From: Patescibacteria group bacterium
GTDB lineage: Bacteria; Patescibacteriota; Patescibacteriia; 2-01-FULL-39-33
Assembly (NCBI GenBank): GCA_038065695.1
Contig: JBBTQN010000016.1
Location: forward strand, 11,738 to 75,737
DNA: 64,000 bases
Direction of reading: 5' to 3'
The notes under the pieces are model-generated. The model worked only from the letters and a program-made list of their open reading frames with translations, searched no databases and was not told where the DNA came from. How positions within the stretch are numbered: position 1 is the first letter of the stretch; each line of letters opens with the position of its first letter. This document shows positions 57,846-64,000 of this stretch, piece by piece. The position numbers and the translations under genes are program-made.

Positions 57846-59888
57846 AAGCGGCAATTTATCCTCTTGCTGTCTGACAAAACCGATCTCCTCGTCACAAACT
57901 GGACAATAGCGATGTTCGCCATTAAGGTAGCCGTGCTTAGGACAGACCGAAAAAGTCGGCGTCAAGGTGTAGTAGGGCAAACGAAAATTCTCCGCGATTT
58001 TTCTGACCAATTTTTTGGTGCTTTCAATATCAGACAACCGCTCTCCTAAAAAGCCGTGGATGACCGTGCCGCCGGTGTACTTAATTTGCAAATCATCCTG
58101 CTGTTCCAACACTTCAAAGATATCATGGGAAAAATTGACCGGCAAATGAGTGGAATTGGTGTAATAAGGCGCCGCGCCCTTTTCCCGGTAGGCCTCTTCG
58201 TTGGCCACGATAATGTCAGGATAAAGCTCTTTGTCCTTTTTGGCAAATCGGTAGGTCGTGCCTTCCGCCGGCGTCGCTTCCAGATTGTAAAGCTGGTTAT
58301 CTTCTTCTTGATAGCGCGCCAGCCGTTCCAGCATAAAATCAATCACTTTAAGCGCGAATTCCTTGCCTTCGGGCGTGGAAAGCGGCCGATTCATAAAATT
58401 CAAAACCGCTTCATTCATCCCGTTGATGCCAATCGTGTTGAAATGATTGCGCCAGTATTCGCCAAATCGCTCTTTGATGTCGCCAAGATAAAAACGGCTA
58501 TAAGGATAAAGCCCGCTTTCGGTAAAATTTTCCAAAATTTTTCGCTTTAATTCCAAGCTTTGGCGGGATAAATCCATCACTTGACCGAGGCGACTGAAAA
58601 AACCGTCTTGGGTTTTGGCGAGATAGCCGATGCGAGGCAAATTGATGGTGACGACGCCGATGGAGCCGGTCAGCGGATTAGCGGCAAAAATCCCGCCGCC
58701 GCGCTTCCGAAGCTCCCGATTATCCAGCCTCAATCTGCAACACATTGACCTCGCGTCCTCCACTTTCATATCACTGTTGATAAAATTGGCGAAATAAGGA
58801 ATCCCGTATTTAGCGGTCATCTCCCAAATCGGGCTAAGCACTTCATTATCCCAATTGAAATCGCGCGAAATATTATAAGTCGGAATGGGAAAAGTGAATA
58901 CCCGCCCCTTGGCGTCGCCTTCAAACATCACTTCGGCAAACGCCTTATTGATCAAATCCATCTCCGGCTGGAATTCTTTGTAAGTTTCGGTTTGCGGCGC
59001 GCCGCCGATAATAACCGCTTCGTCGGCTAAGGTGGAAGGACACAATAAATCAAAAGTTAAATTACTAAAAGGCGTTTGAAATCCGACTCTGGTCGGCACA
59101 TTCATATTAAACACGAATTCCTGAAGCGCTTGTTTGACCTGTTTGTACTCTAAACCGTCATGGCGGACAAAAGGCGCGAGTAAGGTGTCAAAATTGGCCA
59201 AAGCGACCGCGCCGGCCGCCTCGCCTTGTAAAGTATAAAGAAAATTCACCGCGTGGCCTAAAGCGACGCGGAAATGCTTGGCGGGCTTGCTCTGGACCTT
59301 GCCGTTCACCCCGCCAAAACCGACTCTTAAAATCGCCTGCAAATCCCAACCGCAGCAATAAACCGCGAGAAGTTGGAGGTCATGGAGATGAATGGCGGCG
59401 CTTACATGCGCTTCTCTGATTTCTGGCGGATAGATCTTATTGAGCCAATAATGCGAGCTGACCGAGGAAGCGACGTGATTATTGAGCCCTTGGAGCGAAT
59501 AAGCCATATTGGCGTTTTCCTTGACCCGCCAATCCAATTGCTTCAAATAGCCGTCAATAACATCATTGGAATTAATCAGTTCTTTCAGTTCCCGAAGCCG
59601 AGCGTGCTGTTCGCGGTAAATAATGTAAGATTTGGCCGCTTTAACCAAATCGGCGTCAATTAAAATCTCCTCCACGATATCCTGAATTTCTTCAATCGCC
59701 GGAATTGAGCGAGGATGGAATTTGCTATTGAGTAGCCGCATCACTCGTTCGGCCAATTCTTCGGCCAAAGGCAAATCTTCCCGGCCGACCGCTTTTAGGG
59801 CCTTAAAAACCGCCTGAATGATTTTGTTTTGGTCAAAATCAACAATCCGGCCGTCCCGTTTCTTTACCTGCTTGATTTGGTTTTCCAT
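57843..59888 (-). CDS. nrdD: Class III (anaerobic) ribonucleoside-triphosphate reductase, ATP-cone + catalytic part lacking the glycyl-radical loop
   Basis: VKKRDG ATP cone, YCCGW, SMCCRL, EATPAEG; ends just after CPKH..CPVC. Confidence 0.95.
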   Translation of the reverse strand: MENQIKQVKKRDGRIVDFDQNKIIQAVFKALKAVGREDLPLAEELAERVMRLLNSKFHPRSIPAIEEIQDIVEEILIDADLVKAAKSYIIYREQHARLRELKELINSNDVIDGYLKQLDWRVKENANMAYSLQGLNNHVASSVSSHYWLNKIYPPEIREAHVSAAIHLHDLQLLAVYCCGWDLQAILRVGFGGVNGKVQSKPAKHFRVALGHAVNFLYTLQGEAAGAVALANFDTLLAPFVRHDGLEYKQVKQALQEFVFNMNVPTRVGFQTPFSNLTFDLLCPSTLADEAVIIGGAPQTETYKEFQPEMDLINKAFAEVMFEGDAKGRVFTFPIPTYNISRDFNWDNEVLSPIWEMTAKYGIPYFANFINSDMKVEDARSMCCRLRLDNRELRKRGGGIFAANPLTGSIGVVTINLPRIGYLAKTQDGFFSRLGQVMDLSRQSLELKRKILENFTESGLYPYSRFYLGDIKERFGEYWRNHFNTIGINGMNEAVLNFMNRPLSTPEGKEFALKVIDFMLERLARYQEEDNQLYNLEATPAEGTTYRFAKKDKELYPDIIVANEEAYREKGAAPYYTNSTHLPVNFSHDIFEVLEQQDDLQIKYTGGTVIHGFLGERLSDIESTKKLVRKIAENFRLPYYTLTPTFSVCPKHGYLNGEHRYCPVCDEEIGFVRQQEDKLPL

Positions 59889-60118
59889 AAATTTGCCACA
59901 CCTTCGGAAAAATGAGAAAAAAGATGATAAAAGAGGAATTTAAGCCAAAATTTTAACGAATAAACAGATTTCGGCGGGTGGGGCCAGCCGATTTCAAAAA
60001 TTAAAATTAGAGTAAAAATCACAAAATAAAAAAATAGACCCGCGAGCGAAAATCAATAATTTTAAAATTCAAAAAATCTTCGCCAGATCTATCTTATCAT
60101 TGCTTCCCAACATCTTTA

Positions 60119-60146
60119 ATTATAACACCTTCAAGCCCCTTGTCAA
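60119..60146 (-). promoter_or_regulatory. Promoter of the nrdD operon
   Basis: TTGACA-16 nt-TATAAT with extended TG, about 230 nt upstream of the ATG. Confidence 0.75.
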
Positions 60147-60216
60147 AAATCGCTTTTTGGCTGGTTTTTTAAAATTTTAAAGACGGTTTGGGGATAACAT
60201 TTTGGATAAAAAAAGC

Positions 60217-60244
60217 GTCGAGACGCCCGACGGGGCGTCTCGAC
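60217..60244. repeat. REP-like palindrome acting as probable ftsZ terminator
   Basis: GTCGAGACGCCC-GACG-GGGCGTCTCGAC followed by a T tract on the minus strand. Confidence 0.7.
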
Positions 60245-60268
60245 AAATTAATTTCTTGATTTTTTAAT

Positions 60269-61444
60269 TTATCTCATCTTTTTCCTGATGAAAGCCGGGA
60301 TTTCCAAATCCTCTTCTTCCACCCGCGGCCGAATCCTAGATGGCGGCGCCGGCCTTTCTTTTTCTTCCATTTTAGCCGTTTCTGTTTTTGGCGCTTTGGT
60401 TTCGGTCGGTTTTTCATCAATCACCCGGCGGGAAAACAAGCGATTCATTGAATATCTCGGCTCTTCTAAGGATGAACGGCTGGCCTTTTCTTTATCGCCG
60501 AATCCGGTGGCGACCACCGTGATTCTCACTCTGTCTTTCATCGCCTCGTCAATCGCGACGCCGAAAATGATTTTCGCGTTGGAGTCGGCGCTTTCCGTAA
60601 TCGCCTCGGCCGCTTCATGGACCTCGTCCATCGTCAAGTTTGGCCCGCCCATCACAATAAACAAGATTCCGCGCGCCCCGTCAATTGAAACATCCAAAAG
60701 CGGAGAGGAAACCGCCATTTTGGCGGCGGCCACCGCTCGGTTTTCGCCATTCGCCTCGCCAATACCCATCAAGGCCGAGCCAGAATCAAGCATAATCGCT
60801 TTGACATCGGCAAAATCAAGATTGATTAAAGAAGGCATGGTGATGAGCTCGGAAATCCCCTGCACGCCTTGACGCAAAACATCATCAACGACTTTAAATG
60901 AATCGAGAATGGAGGTCTTCTTGTCAATAATTTGAAAAATTTTATCGTTGGGAATGGTAATAATTGTGTCCACCCGATCTCGAAGTTCATGATAGCCGCG
61001 TTCAGCGATCGCCGCGCGCTGCGTGCCCTCAAAGGAAAACGGCTTGGTCACCACCGCGACCACCAAAGCGCCAAGTTCTTTGGCGACTTGCGCCACCATC
61101 GGCGACGCGCCGGTGCCGGTGCCGCCGCCCAAACCGCAAGTAACGAAAACCATATCCGCCCCTTTTAAGGCGTCACGGATGTCATTAATGCTTTCTTGCG
61201 CCGCTTGAAAACCAAGTTCCGGATCCATCCCCGCTCCCAGTCCGCGAGTGGTCATCTGGCCGATATGAAGCTTGTGCTTTGCTTCGTTGTGATGAAGCGC
61301 TTGGACATCGGTATTAATCGCCATAAATTCCACGCCTTTGATTTTTGAGGCGATCATTCGATTGATGGCGGATCCGCCGGAGCCCCCCACGCCGATCACT
61401 TTAATTTTGGCAAAAGTTTCAAGTTCCGGTTTTATTTCGGGCAT
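60269..61444 (-). CDS. ftsZ: Cell division protein FtsZ
   Basis: GGGTGTG, INLDFADV, IPAFIRK. Confidence 0.99.
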   Translation of the reverse strand: MPEIKPELETFAKIKVIGVGGSGGSAINRMIASKIKGVEFMAINTDVQALHHNEAKHKLHIGQMTTRGLGAGMDPELGFQAAQESINDIRDALKGADMVFVTCGLGGGTGTGASPMVAQVAKELGALVVAVVTKPFSFEGTQRAAIAERGYHELRDRVDTIITIPNDKIFQIIDKKTSILDSFKVVDDVLRQGVQGISELITMPSLINLDFADVKAIMLDSGSALMGIGEANGENRAVAAAKMAVSSPLLDVSIDGARGILFIVMGGPNLTMDEVHEAAEAITESADSNAKIIFGVAIDEAMKDRVRITVVATGFGDKEKASRSSLEEPRYSMNRLFSRRVIDEKPTETKAPKTETAKMEEKERPAPPSRIRPRVEEEDLEIPAFIRKKMR

Positions 61445-61451
61445 ATAATTT

Positions 61452-61566
61452 AGTTTATAAAGTTTATAAAGTTAAAAGTTTATAAAATCATCTTTTTAAT
61501 AATTATTTTTATCTAATATACTTTTGACTTTATAGACTTTATAGACTTTATAGACTTTTGACTTCG
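61452..61566. repeat. Inverted tandem-repeat spacer, AAAGTCTAT family
   Basis: 61520-61569 equals 12770-12810 (reverse complement) plus one extra 9-mer unit. Confidence 0.88.
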
Positions 61567-62811
61567 TTAGGGTAAAAATGACTTAAACCATCTTCTCATT
61601 TGACTCGCGGCTTTGTCAACGCTCCGAAAGCGGCTTAAGATTTTCAGGCCGAAACCGCCTCGCTGCAGTTCGCTCCCCCAAATCACCAAGCCGATCGCCG
61701 TGGTAAAAGACAAATCGCTTACTTTATCCAGATTGGAAATCAATTCTTGCGGATAGCCGAGTGAAGCGGGAAGACGCAAAGTTTTTTTCGCCACTTCCGT
61801 CATCCCGTCAAGTTTCGCGCCCGAGCCGGTCAAAACCGCGCCCGCCGGCAACATTCCCGAACGGCCGATCTTCTTAAGTTCCTTGTCCACCCGTTCCATT
61901 ATTTCTTCCACTCTGGCTTCAATGATTTCCGCGACTTCTTTCTTGGAAAAATAACCGTCTTCTATTCCGCCCAAATCGGCAAATTTCATTTCATCCGTCT
62001 TCTTGAAACTTTCCGAAAGCGCGCTGCCTTCACGGAGTTTTATCTTTTCCGCCGTATCCAGTGAAATCCGCAGTCCGATGGCGATATCGTTGGTGATGTA
62101 TTCGGAGCCGATCGGCAAAACCGCCGTGTGCAGCACGTTATTTTCCTCAAAAACCGCGATGCCGGTCGTCGCGCCGCCGATATTTACCAACACCACTCCC
62201 AATTCTTTCTGGCGATTGGTCAAAACACTCTCCGCCGAAGCTAAAATGGACAAAACCTCATCATCAATATCCAAGCCGGTGCGATAAACGCATTTGGTCA
62301 AATTTTTTATCTGCGCCGCGAGGCCTTGGATGATTTGCGCTTCCACTTCCAGCCGAATGCCGGTCATGCCAATCGGATCCTTAATGCCAGTTTGCGAGTC
62401 AACGGTAAAACTTTTTGGGATGACATGAAGGATTTCATAATTCGGTGGAATCGCGACGGCTTGCGCCGCGGCGATTACCCGTTCCACATCCTCTGATCTG
62501 ATTTCGCCGTCCGCTTTGGAAACGGCGACGACTCCCTTGCTCTCACTCGCGATAATATGACTGCCATTAATTCCAACCCAAGCGTGGTCAATCGGCTGGC
62601 CGATCATCCGCTCCACTTTTTCCAAAGCGGAAGAAATCGAGGAAACCGCGTCTTCAACGCTGGTGACGATGCCTTTGCTGATTCCTTGAGCCGGCACTTC
62701 CGTCGCGCCGATGATTTTCAGCCGCTCGTCTCCTTTTTCCTTTTGGCCGACCACGACTCGGATCGCGGTTGAGCCGACATCAAGTCCGGTTATTAAATCG
62801 CTTTTAAGCAT
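61567..62811 (-). CDS. ftsA: Cell division protein FtsA
   Basis: GLDVGS, DPIGMTGIRLE, NIGGATT, ITNDIA. Start moved to 62811. Confidence 0.97.
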   Translation of the reverse strand: MLKSDLITGLDVGSTAIRVVVGQKEKGDERLKIIGATEVPAQGISKGIVTSVEDAVSSISSALEKVERMIGQPIDHAWVGINGSHIIASESKGVVAVSKADGEIRSEDVERVIAAAQAVAIPPNYEILHVIPKSFTVDSQTGIKDPIGMTGIRLEVEAQIIQGLAAQIKNLTKCVYRTGLDIDDEVLSILASAESVLTNRQKELGVVLVNIGGATTGIAVFEENNVLHTAVLPIGSEYITNDIAIGLRISLDTAEKIKLREGSALSESFKKTDEMKFADLGGIEDGYFSKKEVAEIIEARVEEIMERVDKELKKIGRSGMLPAGAVLTGSGAKLDGMTEVAKKTLRLPASLGYPQELISNLDKVSDLSFTTAIGLVIWGSELQRGGFGLKILSRFRSVDKAASQMRRWFKSFLP

Positions 62812-62893
62812 GGGATAAAACTTAGTTATTATTATAAAACAGAAAGAAAATCTATTCAATAGCCAAAAAACAAAAAATGAACAAATTTTGTGT

Positions 62894-63346
62894 TCAAGGC
62901 ATTTTTAGGATTTTTCCTATTCTTTTTTCAAAATTTTCCATCTTTCTCGCTTTGGCCAATGAAACCCTCTCGTGCTCGTAGCCGACTAAATGCGCCAAGC
63001 CATGAATAAGGAGCCGGGCCACTTCCACTTCAAAAGAAACATTGAATTCTTTTGCTTGCCTTTTAGCGATAGGCGCGCAAATCACCACTTCGCCCAAATA
63101 ATTTTTTTCTTCCGGCGGATTGATGAATTCGCCCTTCTCTTCGGCAAAGCTCAAAACATCAGTCGCTTTTTTTTGTCCTCGCCATTTATGATTCAATTTT
63201 TTTATCTCCGCTTCGCCGACAAAAGCGAGAGAAAAATACCACTGGCCTTTTAATTTTGACTCTTTAAAAAAATATTGGACAATTTGTTTTAAATATTTTG
63301 AGGGGTAAGTCGTTTTCGTCCGATAATTAACTTCAAATTTTAACAT
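62894..63346 (-). CDS. ybeY: rRNA maturation RNase YbeY
   Basis: TDVLSF, HGLAHLVGYEH. Confidence 0.95.
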   Translation of the reverse strand: MLKFEVNYRTKTTYPSKYLKQIVQYFFKESKLKGQWYFSLAFVGEAEIKKLNHKWRGQKKATDVLSFAEEKGEFINPPEEKNYLGEVVICAPIAKRQAKEFNVSFEVEVARLLIHGLAHLVGYEHERVSLAKARKMENFEKRIGKILKMP

Positions 63347-63370
63347 ACTTTTTAAACGGCGAATAACTGA

Positions 63371-64000
63371 TTATTTACAAACCTTTGCCTGTGCGATAGC
63401 ATCACCCGCGAGGCAATCAACCTGCTGGCAGGTTTTCCCGACAGAACAGTCGGCATTGGCCTGGCAACTTTTTTCATAGCAAACGCCGGTGGCGGTCTCA
63501 CAACTGTTGCCACCGTCGGGAAGCGGCCCGCAGGGCTTGTCTTGGCAAAAAACACCCAAGCAATTCGCGGCCAGCAAGGTGTTGACTGCTTTGAAGGTCT
63601 TGATCATCATATTGAAAATGGCGGGATAACGGAATTCATTCACGTCGCTTAGAAGATATTCAAAAGTATAAATTTTGGTCTTTTCCGGATTGACCAGATA
63701 CGCCTCCAAGCCGGAGGGCGAAAAAATCCCCTCCAAAACATCAGCTTTGACCGTCTTTAAATCGCTCAAAGAAGTTTGGGGGTGTAAATTTAAATACCAA
63801 TTGGCGGCGGAGAGCTTGTCCGGATTGTCTTTGACGGAAATCCGGATGATCTCCCCGGTGTCCGTGGTAATGACCACCTGGCGGCTGGCGGAAATCGGGC
63901 TCACCGGCCAGTTTTTGATGTTTAAAAATTCAAAATTATCGCCGGCAAAACTGGTGGTGACAACTTGAACGGCGCTCGCATCTTTTATTTTGGCTGAATT
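63371..64000 (-). CDS. C-terminus of a probably large secreted protein with Cys-rich end (partial)
   Basis: Reading frame stays open from the window edge (NSAKIKDASAVQVV..) to 63371; multiple Cys in the last 60 aa. Confidence 0.65.
   Translation of the reverse strand, partial: NSAKIKDASAVQVVTTSFAGDNFEFLNIKNWPVSPISASRQVVITTDTGEIIRISVKDNPDKLSAANWYLNLHPQTSLSDLKTVKADVLEGIFSPSGLEAYLVNPEKTKIYTFEYLLSDVNEFRYPAIFNMMIKTFKAVNTLLAANCLGVFCQDKPCGPLPDGGNSCETATGVCYEKSCQANADCSVGKTCQQVDCLAGDAIAQAKVCK

Noticed and set aside
12771-61566. Intergenic repeats as CRISPR arrays
   Set aside because: Units are 7-9 nt, contiguous and degenerate, with no constant 25-40-nt repeat separated by unique spacers. No cas genes are present.
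1-64000. Alternative genetic code (TGA=Gly)
   Set aside because: Conserved genes translate fully in code 11, TGA terminates rplV and ybeY, and RF2 is present.
1-64000. DGR template repeat, RT, transposase or four-helix-bundle gene in the window
   Set aside because: I looked for an AAC-rich copy of 2212-2345 and for the corresponding protein motifs in the ORFs. None was found by eye.

Overview
Bacterial chromosomal segment in genetic code 11 (TGA is used as stop; prfB is present). Gene content and style suggest Patescibacteria/CPR, probably Parcubacteria/ABY1-like. This is an inference from the absence of rpmD between rpsE and rplO, a short AspRS lacking the GAD insertion, Lys/Glu-rich extensions on L22/L23/L3, and core genes mostly without Shine-Dalgarno motifs. 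Housekeeping content, almost all on the minus strand: uvrA (partial), a pyruvate:ferredoxin oxidoreductase operon, secG, rnj, 5 tRNAs, fba, tpiA, scpAB, aspS, recO, ruvX, the str/S10/spc ribosomal clusters, ndk, comEC, prfB (+1 frameshift), a split class III RNR, ftsAZ and ybeY. Two real genes are missing from the ORF track: rpmB (50701-50880) and a 51-aa NrdD glycyl-radical peptide (57574-57729). The most interesting signals are outside the ORF list. (1) Most intergenic spacers are filled with degenerate 7-9-nt tandem repeats arranged as inverted arms. Several families exist, with near-identical 30-50-nt copies up to 49 kb apart and a fixed orientation relative to transcription in the two families checked. 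(2) At least five families of short palindromic REP/MITE-like elements occur, nested in each other and inserted in frame in proteins (three in ComEC). (3) An orphan DGR-type target gene has a strongly adenine-depleted variable region. (4) A duplicated 5' half of tRNA-Thr carries a ~95-nt structured insertion in its D-loop. (5) Three tandem HExxH paralogs sit where porD is expected. No transposase, reverse transcriptase, integrase, rRNA or CRISPR array was seen. All calls come from reading the sequence; no searches were run.
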